DNA of 64,000 bases, taken from Candidatus Staskawiczbacteria bacterium RIFOXYB1_FULL_38_37. Lineage in GTDB: Bacteria; Patescibacteriota; Minisyncoccia; Minisyncoccales; Staskawiczbacteraceae. The notes beneath the pieces are model-generated. The model saw only the letters and a program-made list of their open reading frames with translations, was not told the origin of the DNA and made no database searches. The translations under genes and the position numbers were made by a program. Positions 18,483 to 27,781 of the stretch are shown piece by piece; within the stretch, counting starts at the first letter, position 1; every line of letters begins with the position of its first letter. Location of the stretch: the NCBI GenBank assembly GCA_001822075.1, contig MHPK01000002.1:75872-139871 (forward strand), read 5' to 3'.

Positions 18483-18503
18483 ACCTATACCATAGGTATA
18501 GGT
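18483..18503. promoter_or_regulatory. candidate CsoR operator (perfect palindrome)
   Basis: ACCTATACC-ATA-GGTATAGGT immediately after the -10, upstream of an operon encoding a CsoR-family repressor. Confidence 0.55.
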
Positions 18504-18524
18504 GTTAACGCAATTTTATCAATT

Positions 18525-18881
18525 ATGAAAAAACATATTTATATAATTTTATTTTCAATTATTTTTACTGTTATTTTTCTGCCGGTGTTTTCTGCTTTTG
18601 CCCATGGGATAATGGGTTATGGCGATGACGACTATGGCATAATGGGCTACGGAATGATGGGATATGGGATTTTGCCCTTCGGCTGGATAGGATTTATTTT
18701 GATGGCTTTTTTCTGGGTTTTGATTGCGGTTATTATTTTTGCTGTTGCGAGGTGGGTTGTCAGCGCCTTAAGCCACAAAGACGAAAGCCGCAATTCAGCG
18801 CTGGATATTTTGAAAGAAAGATATGCTAAAGGCGAAATTAATAAAGAGGAATTTGAAGATAAAAAAAGAGATTTGTCATAA
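18525..18881 (+). CDS. membrane protein with Met/Gly-rich repeats and C-terminal SHOCT-like motif
   Basis: GIMGYG repeats, TM helix, LDILKERYAKGEINKEEFEDKKRDL. Confidence 0.55.
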   Translation: MKKHIYIILFSIIFTVIFLPVFSAFAHGIMGYGDDDYGIMGYGMMGYGILPFGWIGFILMAFFWVLIAVIIFAVARWVVSALSHKDESRNSALDILKERYAKGEINKEEFEDKKRDLS

Positions 18882-18944
18882 ATATCAAAAGGTCAGAGCA
18901 AAAAATAAAAAATCAATAATAATAATTTTTAATAACTACCTTAT

Positions 18945-19217
18945 ATGACAATTAACAAACAAAAATCTTTGATAAATTTTAAGAAAGCCCACAGCCTTTT
19001 GGCTAAAATTGCAGATATGACAGAAAAAAACGATTACTGCATTGATATTATGCAGCAAAATTTGGCTGCAATAGGGCTTTTGAGGTCAGCCCACGAAATG
19101 CTGATGGAAAATCATTTAAACTCGTGTTTCAAGACAGCCATGGCATCAAAAAATGAAAAGAAGAAAAAAGAAATGACGGACGAGATATTAAAAGTCACAA
19201 AATTATTTAATAAATAA
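18945..19217 (+). CDS. csoR: CsoR/RcnR-family metal-sensing repressor
   Basis: 90-aa helical protein; CIDIMQQ..AHE..H..C pattern of the DUF156 family. Confidence 0.75.
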   Translation: MTINKQKSLINFKKAHSLLAKIADMTEKNDYCIDIMQQNLAAIGLLRSAHEMLMENHLNSCFKTAMASKNEKKKKEMTDEILKVTKLFNK

Positions 19218-19234
19218 TAACCAATATTAAACTT

Positions 19235-20749
19235 ATGAATAAAGAACATATATATAAGGTTGAGGGCATGCACTGCGCTTCATGCGAAATTTTAATTGAA
19301 AAAAAGCTTTTGGATTTGCAGAATATCAAATCGGTTGACGCTTCAACCGCCAAAGGAGAGGTTATTATAGAATATGAAGGCGGCAGGCCGAATCCTGAAA
19401 GATTGAGCAGAATTTTCAAAGAGGAAAATTATATCTTTTCTGATAAATCTGTTGATGCAAAGATAATTTCTTCTGAAAAGAAAACTAATGCAACTTTAGT
19501 CGCCTTTAACATAGCCATTTTCATAATTATCGCCTTTTTATTGCTGCAGAAAATGGGCATTGCTAATTTTATCAGCCTGGACTCAACGTCATCTTTATTC
19601 GCATTTCTGGGATTTGGGTTCTTGGCCGGAATGTCCAGTTGCGCGGCGCTGGTTGGCGGAATTGTTTTATCAATGTCAAAGCAATGGAATAATCTTTATT
19701 CAGAAGACCAGTCAGCTTCAAAAAAGCTTCAGCCTCATATAATGTTTAATACAGGAAGAGTTATTTCTTATATCGTTTTAGGCGGAGTTTTGGGAATGAT
19801 AGGGAGCCGGCTGCAAATTTCTCCTCAATTCACGGCATTTTTAATTGTTGCTGTTTCTCTGTTAATGGTTGCTTTAGGCTTGCAGATGCTCGGGGTAAAA
19901 GCATTTAGAAAGTTCCAAGTTTCAGCTCCAAAAACAGCAACAAGATATATTGCCGATGAAAATAATTTTCAGGGAAAGCATATGCCGTTTATTATGGGAG
20001 CTTTAACCTTCTTTTTGCCCTGCGGATTTACAATAACCGCGCAAAGTTTGGCCCTGCTTTCCGGAAATGTTTTTCAGGGCGCATTAATAATGGGAGCATT
20101 TGCTTTAGGAACAGTTCCTTCGCTTTTATTTATCGGATTGTCTAGCGTGAAATTTTCTTCAAAACCTCATTTAGCAGAAAGATTCTCAAAGGTTGCAGGA
20201 TTTTTAGTCATATTTTTTGCATTATTCAATATATCCTACCAAGCAAATGTTTTAGGATTTACCGGATTCAGCAATATTGTTGGCCAAAGCCAGACACAAA
20301 ATGTTGTTGATGAAAAAGACTTGCCTCCGATTGTTGGCGGCAAGCAGGTTATAAAAATGACAGCTTACAGCTCAAAAGATGTTCCAAATTATTTTAAAGT
20401 AAGGGTGGGGGTTCCTGTAAGATGGGAAATAACCGCAGACAGTTCGGCCGGAGGATGCAATAGCTCAATTATTTCTGGCAGTTTGTTTTCGGGAGCGATT
20501 CCTTTAACTCCGGGACAAATTTCAATAAAAGAATTTACTCCGCAGAAGACAGGTAAATTTAGATTCAGCTGCCAAATGGGCATGATTTCAGGGATTATAG
20601 AGGTTGTAAATGTCAGTAATGCGAGCAGTAATTCGGGGATAGAGACGGCTTCTGCCGCCTCCAGCGCAGCTAATGATCAAGTTGTTCCATCGGGGGCAAG
20701 CGGGTGTGGCTGTGGCGGAGGTGGCGGTAACGCCTGCGGGGCAAAATAG
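19235..20749 (+). CDS. fusion protein: HMA metal-binding domain, TauE/DsbD-like permease, cupredoxin-like domain and Cys/Gly tail
   Basis: GMHCASCE; about 6 TM helices; C-terminal VRVGVPVRWEITA..FRFSCQMGMISG; tail GCGCGGGGGNACG. Confidence 0.6.
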   Translation: MNKEHIYKVEGMHCASCEILIEKKLLDLQNIKSVDASTAKGEVIIEYEGGRPNPERLSRIFKEENYIFSDKSVDAKIISSEKKTNATLVAFNIAIFIIIAFLLLQKMGIANFISLDSTSSLFAFLGFGFLAGMSSCAALVGGIVLSMSKQWNNLYSEDQSASKKLQPHIMFNTGRVISYIVLGGVLGMIGSRLQISPQFTAFLIVAVSLLMVALGLQMLGVKAFRKFQVSAPKTATRYIADENNFQGKHMPFIMGALTFFLPCGFTITAQSLALLSGNVFQGALIMGAFALGTVPSLLFIGLSSVKFSSKPHLAERFSKVAGFLVIFFALFNISYQANVLGFTGFSNIVGQSQTQNVVDEKDLPPIVGGKQVIKMTAYSSKDVPNYFKVRVGVPVRWEITADSSAGGCNSSIISGSLFSGAIPLTPGQISIKEFTPQKTGKFRFSCQMGMISGIIEVVNVSNASSNSGIETASAASSAANDQVVPSGASGCGCGGGGGNACGAK

Positions 20750-20755
20750 TAAAAT

Positions 20756-20956
20756 ATGACAAAGATTACATCAAAAACTATACTAAAAGAAATATTGGAG
20801 AAGAAAAGAGGCGCAGAAATTTTAATGAAAAATAACGTGCCTTGTTTGTCTTGCCCCATGGCTTCATTTGAAATTGATAAACTGAAAATTGGCGAAGTTT
20901 GTAAAATGTATGGATTAAATTTGGAAAAAATATTAAAAGAGCTGAATAGAAAATGA
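20756..20956 (+). CDS. DUF1858-like small redox/disulfide domain protein
   Basis: 66 aa; PCLSCP motif; overlaps the copA start. Confidence 0.5.
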   Translation: MTKITSKTILKEILEKKRGAEILMKNNVPCLSCPMASFEIDKLKIGEVCKMYGLNLEKILKELNRK

Positions 20957-23256
20957 ATCAAAAAATAACTTTAAAAATTCAGGGAATGGACTGCGCTTCA
21001 TGCGCGGCTGTTATTGAACATAGTTTAAAAAAAACAAAAGGAGTTGTTTCGGCTTCCGTTAATTTTGCAACAGAAAAAGCGTATTTAGAATTTGATTCTG
21101 AAAAGACAAATACAGATGGTCTTAAAAAAATTGTTAAAGATTTAGGTTATAAGGCATTAGATGAAGATGAAGATAATGCTTCAACTGATGTTAAAACCGA
21201 TGACCATTCCGACCATCATAAAACAGAAAAAGACCTGCCTGCCGGCAGGCAGGACAGTGAAATTAAAAAGTTAAAACTTCGTTTTGTTTTATCATTGGTT
21301 TTTAGTTTGCCGGTTATTTATATGGTTATGGGCGGCATGTTGGGATTTCCAATGCCTGAAGTTTTTGAAAAATATGGTATTTTAATACAGGCGATTTTAT
21401 CAACAGCCGTGATTTTAGCTTCTTTTAATATTTGGCAATCCGGATTTAAAAAACTTTTGCGATTGGCTCCCAATATGGACTCTTTAATTCTTATTGGCAC
21501 AGCCACTGCTTATTTTTATAGTTTAGTAAATGCAGAATTTTTGCTGGCAGGAAGAGAAATAAGCATGGAAAATTTTTATTTTGAATCAGCCGCTTTTATT
21601 TTAGTTTTTATTTCTTTAGGCAAATATTTAGAAGCAGTTACAAAGGGAAAGACTTCGGCGGCGATTAAAAGTTTAATCGGATTGCAGCCTAAATTTGCGA
21701 TAATTATAAAAGACGGCAGGGAGCTGGAAGTTCCTATTTCCGAAGTGGCGGCAGGAGATATAATTTTGGTAAAGCCCGGTCAGAAGATTCCTGTTGACGG
21801 AATTGTGATTGACGGCTATTCCGGTGTTGATGAAAAAGCAATTACAGGAGAATCAATCCCGGTTGAAAAGAAAAAGGGAGACGAAGTTATCGGGGCCACA
21901 ATAAATAAAACCGGAGTTTTGCAATTTAAAGCAACAAGAGTTGGTAAAAATACCATGCTGGCCCAAATAATAAAAATAGTGGAAGAGGCTATGGGCTCTA
22001 AAGCGCCGATACAGCTGTTAGCAGATAAAGTTTCATTTTATTTTGTTCCGGCTGTGATAGCAATCGCTTTAATTTCTGGATTAGTTTGGTTTTTAGCCTT
22101 AGGCCAAGTTCCTATGGCTCTTACAATTTTTGTGGCGGTTTTAATTATTGCTTGTCCATGCGCATTGGGATTGGCAACTCCAACAGCAGTTATGATGGGC
22201 GCGGGCTTGGCCGCAGAAAGAGGAATTTTAATTAAATCCAGCAAGGCGTTAGAAATCGCCAAAGATGTGAATATGGTTGTTTTTGATAAAACTGGCACCC
22301 TAACAAAGGGCGAGCCGGTTGTTACGGAAATTATTTCTGTTGATAAAAAAATAAATGAAAAAATTATACTGGAAATTGCAGCTTCTCTGGAAAAAAATTC
22401 TGAACATCCCTTGGCTCAGGCAATTGTCAACAAAGCCAAGGAGGAAAAGCTTGCCCTGAGTAAAGTCGAAGGGTTTCAGGCAGTTCCAGGCAAGGGAGTG
22501 GAAGCAATGCTGAAAGCTGAAGCCACCTTCGCCAAGGCTTCGGCGAGCCAAAGAAAGATTTTGTTGGGGACAAGAATGCTTATGAAGGATAGCAAAATTT
22601 CTGCTGATTTTATTGAAGATAAAATGATAATCCTTGAAGACCAGGGAAAAACAGCCATGATTTTGGCTGTCGGTAAAAAAATTGTCGGGATTATTGCTGT
22701 TGCAGATGTTTTGAAAGAAAATTCCAAAGAAGCAGTTGATATTTTGCATAAAATGGGAAAACAAGTGGCGATTATTACAGGAGACAACAGAAGAGTTGGA
22801 GAGGCAATTGCCAAGCAATTAGGGATTGACAGGGTTTTAGCCGAAGTTTTACCGCAAGGAAAATCTGATGAAATAAAAAAATTGCAGAATGAAGGAAATA
22901 TCGTGGCAATGGTTGGAGACGGCATAAATGATGCTCCGGCTTTAGCTCAGGCAGATTTGGGCATTGCTTTGGGCTCTGGAACTGATGTGGCAATGGAAAC
23001 CGGAGAAATTGTTTTAATAAAAGACGACTTAAGAGATGTTGTAAAATCAATGGATTTGAGCAAATATACTTTGAATAAAATAAAACAAAATTTATTTTGG
23101 GCGTTTTTTTATAATATAGTTGGAATTCCAATTGCGGCTGGCGCCTTATATCCTCTCACTGGTTGGCTTTTAAATCCGTCTATCGCGGCAGGAGCTATGG
23201 CTTTTTCATCAGTCAGCGTTGTGCTGAACGCTTTGTCTATGAAAAGATATAAATAA
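20953..23256 (+). CDS. copA: copper-translocating P1B-type ATPase
   Basis: [26 protein letters not shown]; in-frame palindrome at 21234-21253. Confidence 0.95.
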   Translation: MNQKITLKIQGMDCASCAAVIEHSLKKTKGVVSASVNFATEKAYLEFDSEKTNTDGLKKIVKDLGYKALDEDEDNASTDVKTDDHSDHHKTEKDLPAGRQDSEIKKLKLRFVLSLVFSLPVIYMVMGGMLGFPMPEVFEKYGILIQAILSTAVILASFNIWQSGFKKLLRLAPNMDSLILIGTATAYFYSLVNAEFLLAGREISMENFYFESAAFILVFISLGKYLEAVTKGKTSAAIKSLIGLQPKFAIIIKDGRELEVPISEVAAGDIILVKPGQKIPVDGIVIDGYSGVDEKAITGESIPVEKKKGDEVIGATINKTGVLQFKATRVGKNTMLAQIIKIVEEAMGSKAPIQLLADKVSFYFVPAVIAIALISGLVWFLALGQVPMALTIFVAVLIIACPCALGLATPTAVMMGAGLAAERGILIKSSKALEIAKDVNMVVFDKTGTLTKGEPVVTEIISVDKKINEKIILEIAASLEKNSEHPLAQAIVNKAKEEKLALSKVEGFQAVPGKGVEAMLKAEATFAKASASQRKILLGTRMLMKDSKISADFIEDKMIILEDQGKTAMILAVGKKIVGIIAVADVLKENSKEAVDILHKMGKQVAIITGDNRRVGEAIAKQLGIDRVLAEVLPQGKSDEIKKLQNEGNIVAMVGDGINDAPALAQADLGIALGSGTDVAMETGEIVLIKDDLRDVVKSMDLSKYTLNKIKQNLFWAFFYNIVGIPIAAGALYPLTGWLLNPSIAAGAMAFSSVSVVLNALSMKRYK
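21234..21253. repeat. perfect 20-bp palindrome CCTGCCTGCCGGCAGGCAGG inside copA
   Basis: Read directly; encodes LPAGRQ. Confidence 0.9.
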
Positions 23257-23325
23257 AACTCACTGGTCAAGGATTGATTTTATATAATTTTTAGTGTTTA
23301 ATAAATATATCTTAATTTGAAAATA

Positions 23326-23721
23326 ATGGATAAAACAGCAATACTTATTGTAGTTATAGTGATATTAGCGGCAGCCGGATTTTGGGCATGGCAGTCCGGT
23401 TTTTTTACAGACACTTTTAAGCAAATTCCTATTTCCGAGGGAATAATTTTGTTTTATAGAGAGGATTGTTCTCATTGTAAAAATGTTGAAGATTTTGTAA
23501 CCCAGAATAATATAGAAGAAAAAGTTGAATTTACCCGGCTTGAAGTTTTGAAAAGCGCAGATAATCAGAATATTTTGGCTCAAGTTGTAGGCAAATGTAA
23601 ATTAAATCCAAAGGAAGTTGGAGTTCCATTTTTATGGGATGGACAAAATTGTTTAATAGGAGATACGGATATTATAAACTTTTTTTCAAAATACATAACA
23701 AGCAATGAAGAAAGCAAATAA
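23326..23721 (+). CDS. membrane-anchored thioredoxin/glutaredoxin-fold protein
   Basis: TM helix then FYREDCSHCKNVE (CxxC). Confidence 0.55.
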   Translation: MDKTAILIVVIVILAAAGFWAWQSGFFTDTFKQIPISEGIILFYREDCSHCKNVEDFVTQNNIEEKVEFTRLEVLKSADNQNILAQVVGKCKLNPKEVGVPFLWDGQNCLIGDTDIINFFSKYITSNEESK

Positions 23722-24217
23722 AATTTTAATTTTTTTAAGCTTTTCGACTATGGCATTAAGCGCAGCAAAAATTGCAAATGCCGTATGCCCGGTTTGCGTT
23801 GTGGCTGTGGGAGCAGGACTTGGTTTTTCAAGGTGGATTGGAATTGATGACGCAATTTCTTCTATGTGGATTGGCGCCTTGCTGGTTTCTTTAAGCATTT
23901 GGACAATAATTTGGCTTGATAAAAAGGGATGGGGATTCAAATATAAAAAAATTATTGTTCCTGCCGCCTATTATCTGCTTACGTTTCTGCCTCTTTGGTA
24001 CTATGGCATAATAGGCCATCCTTTTAATATAATTTTTGGCATTGATAAAATAACGTTCGGCATAATTTTTGGCACAGCAGTTTTTCTGGCAACCGTATGG
24101 TTTCATAATTATTTAAAGCAAAAAAATAACGGCAAATCTTTTTTTCCTTATCAGAAAGTTGTTTTGCCGGTTGTAATTTTATTAATTTTTAGCACAATAT
24201 TATGGACAATAATATAG
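23705..24217 (+). CDS. integral membrane protein with CPVC motif
   Basis: Signal/TM segments; AVCPVCVVAVGAG. Confidence 0.45.
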   Translation: MKKANKILIFLSFSTMALSAAKIANAVCPVCVVAVGAGLGFSRWIGIDDAISSMWIGALLVSLSIWTIIWLDKKGWGFKYKKIIVPAAYYLLTFLPLWYYGIIGHPFNIIFGIDKITFGIIFGTAVFLATVWFHNYLKQKNNGKSFFPYQKVVLPVVILLIFSTILWTII

Positions 24218-24720
24218 ATAATTTTATAAAAAAAGTCCAGGCAAGCAAAAAGCAGGAGCTTGATTTGTCTTCTGACGAGGATTTGTCAATTGCCATAATG
24301 AATTTAATTTCCATTGAAGAACATTTTTTCTTTACCGGGGCAAAAACAGGAAAGCCAGAATATTTTGATTTGCTAAAACAGGCGCGGGAAATGCGAAAAG
24401 AATTATTAAAAAGAATTATAAAAGATTATGAGGGCGAGGTTTGGTGCATTTCAAAACACTTGCTGTCTGCCTCAATGAGGTTAATGGAAGTGGGAACCAA
24501 GGCCTTAGGGCAAGGCAACAATAAAGACGCAGAAGAAATGTTTAAAAAAGCATACGAGCTTTACTCATTATTTTGGGGCATAAATTTAAAATTAGTTGAC
24601 TTGGGCGACGTAAAAAAAATTGACGAAAACCAGATTGATAAAAAAGATGAAGACAAAAAAGGTATAATGGCAAAACTGGGAAAAATGGTTCAGTATGTAA
24701 TTGATTGCTGCAAAGAGTAA
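24202..24720 (+). CDS. hypothetical helical protein
   Basis: 172-aa ORF overlapping the upstream gene end; no recognisable motif. Confidence 0.4.
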   Translation: MDNNIDNFIKKVQASKKQELDLSSDEDLSIAIMNLISIEEHFFFTGAKTGKPEYFDLLKQAREMRKELLKRIIKDYEGEVWCISKHLLSASMRLMEVGTKALGQGNNKDAEEMFKKAYELYSLFWGINLKLVDLGDVKKIDENQIDKKDEDKKGIMAKLGKMVQYVIDCCKE

Positions 24721-24734
24721 TCAGTTATAACATA

Positions 24735-24761
24735 AAAAAGCCGGGATATGCCCGGCTTTTT
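24735..24761 (+). terminator. rho-independent terminator of the copper operon
   Basis: AAAAAGCCGGG-ATATG-CCCGGCTTTTT. Confidence 0.85.
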
Positions 24762-24799
24762 ATTTGTTTTGCATAAAAGTTTGTCTGAGTATAAAACTA

Positions 24800-24828
24800 T
24801 TGACAATGTTTGTGTTAGGTGATATAAT
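24800..24828 (+). promoter_or_regulatory. sigma70-like promoter of the G+C-rich island
   Basis: TTGACA - 17 nt - TATAAT. Confidence 0.6.
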
Positions 24829-24952
24829 TGAAATATTATAATCGCACTTTTAAAAATTATTGTTTGGCTGTATCTTTGAAGGAATTTTTTGTTTTTTCAA
24901 AGATGCAGCCAATTTCAGAGTTGCAGAAACTATAGCATGGGAGAGAAAATCC

Positions 24953-25426
24953 ATGCCAGGGACGAATGTGTGGAGCGTGGTTTTTACTGTTGCAGCTGCG
25001 ATCATTATGGTGCTTTTGATAGCGCCAATGGTCAACATGTGGCGCAGGTATGTTCAAAACGCCGATAAGGCGATTGAGAAAGGGGTTGAACCTCCTTCTT
25101 GGACAGGGCCTGCAGTGATGACCATTGTGGCCATTGGCATTTATGCCCTTGCGATAACGCTGGGGTGGAATGCCATGGTTAACACGACTGCAAGCACCGA
25201 GGTTAAGCAGAAGAATCCGGCAGCGGTTCAAGAACAGAAGAAAGTTCAAGAATCGCAAGTGCCGAGTTCAGAAGAGCTTAACAAAGCTCGCGCAGAACAG
25301 AAGGAAACCCAGCAAGTTAAGCCTCACAAGGAAGCTCTTGATTCGTTTGACGAGTCAATGAAGCGCGAGGCAGAAAAAATCAGGCAGAGGTCGCTGAACG
25401 AGCCAGCCTCGCCGGAAAAAAAGTAG
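24953..25426 (+). CDS. two-helix membrane protein with charged C-terminal tail
   Basis: GGGAGAG 7 nt before ATG 24953; two TM helices; Lys/Glu/Gln-rich tail. Confidence 0.5.
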   Translation: MPGTNVWSVVFTVAAAIIMVLLIAPMVNMWRRYVQNADKAIEKGVEPPSWTGPAVMTIVAIGIYALAITLGWNAMVNTTASTEVKQKNPAAVQEQKKVQESQVPSSEELNKARAEQKETQQVKPHKEALDSFDESMKREAEKIRQRSLNEPASPEKK

Positions 25427-25483
25427 CGTTTTGGATTGTTTGTTTTACCAATTTTCTGCAAGATGCGAAGGGAGAAAGTAGCT

Positions 25484-26485
25484 ATGTTCAAGAAGCTGAT
25501 GGTTTTGTGTGTTGCGCTTTCCTTTGCCTGCATGGCTGGCTGTAACGCCAATGTGCCGGCTGGAAAGCTGGGACGTGTCAAGACAGCGAGCGGGTGGTCC
25601 AACGAGATTCTCAAGCCCGGCCTGCACAATTGTTGGGGCAGGGATCAGATGTATCTCATTGACGGCACTAACCTCACCAGCAAGGAGTCGTTGAATATTC
25701 TTGTTGGCGGAAAGGTCAACCTGAAGCTTGATGTCACTATCAGATGCAAGGCCAACACGGCAGAGGACGAGGCCTTAAAGGCCGCTCTTGAAAGCGTGCC
25801 GGCAGTAAAGGGCGAAGATGGATCGCTCGAGATTTCAAGCAAGAGTATGTACGAGACCTTCATTCAGATGAAGGCTCTAGCAATTCCGAGAGCGATCTAC
25901 GAGGTTCAGCCAGATATTCAAACAGCGGTTGCCAACAGCCCGAAACTGGCTATGGAAGTCCGCAAACAGATTATGGAGGCGGCGCAAGGCACGCCCTTAG
26001 TTGTTGAGGACGCTCAAATCACCAATTATGATTGGCCGCCGTCAATTACGGAGGCCCAGAATGATTTGGTGAAGATCCAGCTCAAAGAGGCCTCTGCGGA
26101 AGCGCAGGTTAAAGCTGATTTGAAGAAAGCCGAGGGCGACCTCAAAGTTAAAGAAGCCGAAAAGCTTGTTCAACTCAAAGAGGCCGAAGCGATAAGCGAG
26201 TCGATTGGTATCATCAAAGAGAAACTCGCCGGTTCGCCCGAGTATTTGATGTGGCATCAGATCAAGGTGATGGGGCAAGCGGCCATGGGGCCGAACAATT
26301 GTTTCATCTTGTATCCGTATTCTACGGACTCGGGCCAGGTGCGCGGCATGCTCAACAATGCTAACTTGGTGCAGATGCTAAAGCCGGATGGACCACATCC
26401 TGAGCTGAAAGAAAATCCCTCGCCGATTACAGAAATCGACGGGCTCGGGAATCTTTCTCCGAAGGCCGAGAAAGCCGAGAAATAG
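25484..26485 (+). CDS. SPFH (band-7/stomatin/prohibitin-like) domain lipoprotein
   Basis: Lipobox FACMAG-C, GGGAG SD; SPFH-like beta region then long charged coiled-coil (AEAQVKADLKKAEGDLKVKEAEK). Confidence 0.6.
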   Translation: MFKKLMVLCVALSFACMAGCNANVPAGKLGRVKTASGWSNEILKPGLHNCWGRDQMYLIDGTNLTSKESLNILVGGKVNLKLDVTIRCKANTAEDEALKAALESVPAVKGEDGSLEISSKSMYETFIQMKALAIPRAIYEVQPDIQTAVANSPKLAMEVRKQIMEAAQGTPLVVEDAQITNYDWPPSITEAQNDLVKIQLKEASAEAQVKADLKKAEGDLKVKEAEKLVQLKEAEAISESIGIIKEKLAGSPEYLMWHQIKVMGQAAMGPNNCFILYPYSTDSGQVRGMLNNANLVQMLKPDGPHPELKENPSPITEIDGLGNLSPKAEKAEK

Positions 26486-26516
26486 AGTAGAACGCCAGTC
26501 GGCAGTTCTGCTAGGT

Positions 26517-26558
26517 CCAGCTTTTTCCACTTTGGAAAAAGCTGGGCTCTTTTTTTAC
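26517..26558 (+). terminator. rho-independent terminator
   Basis: CCAGCTTTTTCCA / TGGAAAAAGCTGG stem then T-run. Confidence 0.8.
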
Positions 26559-26614
26559 AATTTTTTATTTATTTGACTTTGTTTTATAATAGAGCCAAAA
26601 TTAGATAATAATAA

Positions 26615-26636
26615 AATACGTATTACAATACGTATT
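26615..26636. promoter_or_regulatory. two tandem copies of the palindrome AATACGTATT
   Basis: 26615-26624 and 26627-26636, ending 8 nt before the AbrB-like start. Confidence 0.45.
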
Positions 26637-26644
26637 AAAAAATT

Positions 26645-26821
26645 ATGACAACAAGAAAATTAGAAGATAAAAATATACGCAAACTGACTCGCGTTGGGCA
26701 AACAAGTTTAGCGGTTACAATTCCCGTTGAAATAGTGGGAAAGCTGGGCTGGAAAGAGCGGCAGAAAGTTGTTGTGCGCCAGTCGGGAAAGAAAATCATT
26801 ATTGAGGACTGGAAGAAATAA
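26645..26821 (+). CDS. AbrB/MazE/SpoVT-type DNA-binding protein (58 aa; below the ORF-track cutoff)
   Basis: Hand translation MTTRKLEDKNIRKLTRVGQTSLAVTIPVEIVGKLGWKERQKVVVRQSGKKIIIEDWKK; swapped-hairpin pattern. Confidence 0.65.
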   Translation: MTTRKLEDKNIRKLTRVGQTSLAVTIPVEIVGKLGWKERQKVVVRQSGKKIIIEDWKK

Positions 26822-26977
26822 TTTATAAGCACGATTAAAAACAAATTAACTCAGAGATTATCAAAGGGTTTTTTTGTTTGTGTTGATTTTTTGGGCAATG
26901 CGTGGTAAAAAGATTTTAGAGTCTTTGACAATTCGTTAACCCCTATTTCGTTAACCACTGTAATGAGGAGTGGAAAA

Positions 26978-27673
26978 ATGTTATACGAAAGGTTTACTGA
27001 CCAGGCGCGGAAAGTTATGTTGCTTGCCAACCAAGAGGCGCAGAGGTTTAATCACGAATTTATTGGTTCAGAACATGTTTTGCTTGGCCTTATTAAAGAG
27101 GGTTCGGGCGTGGCAGCTATTGTTTTGAAAAATTTGGGTATTAGTTTGGAAAGAGCGCACATGGAAGTAGAAAGAATAGTTCCGGAAGGACCTGATATGG
27201 TTACTATGGGCCAGCTTCCCCAAACACCGAGAGTAAAAAAAGTTATTGAATATGCAATGGATGAAGCCCTGAAATTGGGCCACGATTATATTGGCACAGA
27301 ACATATTCTTTTGGGCCTTTTGCGCGAGACAGACAGCGTGGCAGCTACTGTTTTGAAAAATTTGGGGGTAGATGCGGGTTTTATTCTTGAAAGCGCGACT
27401 GAAACAGGTTTTATCCTTGAAAAAATAAGGGAAAATGTTTTGGAACTTTTGGGAATATGCCAAGCAAAGCCCTCGGAAAAAAATGAGCTTCCGCTTAAAT
27501 GCACATCCTTTGTCATTTTAGGCGAAGAAGTTCCTCGCCGAGATATACTGGCGGCAACAAAAAATCCGCAAATAGAAAAATTTCTTGGAGCCTGCGATGA
27601 AATTATAGAACTTTCTATAACTTCAACTGCTCAAGGCACGTGCGTCAATGTTTTCCATAAAAACAAAAAATAG
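26978..27673 (+). CDS. stand-alone Clp N-terminal (double Clp-R repeat) domain protein with unknown C-terminal region
   Basis: MLYERFTDQARKV..EFIGSEHVLLGL and DYIGTEHILLGLL repeats; no AAA+ motifs follow. Confidence 0.7.
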   Translation: MLYERFTDQARKVMLLANQEAQRFNHEFIGSEHVLLGLIKEGSGVAAIVLKNLGISLERAHMEVERIVPEGPDMVTMGQLPQTPRVKKVIEYAMDEALKLGHDYIGTEHILLGLLRETDSVAATVLKNLGVDAGFILESATETGFILEKIRENVLELLGICQAKPSEKNELPLKCTSFVILGEEVPRRDILAATKNPQIEKFLGACDEIIELSITSTAQGTCVNVFHKNKK

Positions 27674-27781
27674 AAGTCCAGAGGCCCGCAGGTACAAACC
27701 TAAGGGCTTTTTTGTTGCTATGGTTGCTATAATATGATGGGCAAGGTATAATATAATAATAAAAAATTAAATAACCAAAAT

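Noticed and set aside
24860-24952. Upstream part of track ORF 24860-25426 and nested ORFs 25170-25361, 25509-25694 and 24857-25258 (minus strand) in the G+C-rich island
   Set aside because: ATG 24953 has a proper GGGAGAG ribosome-binding site. The other frames are typical of spurious ORFs in G+C-rich DNA and overlap the better-supported genes.
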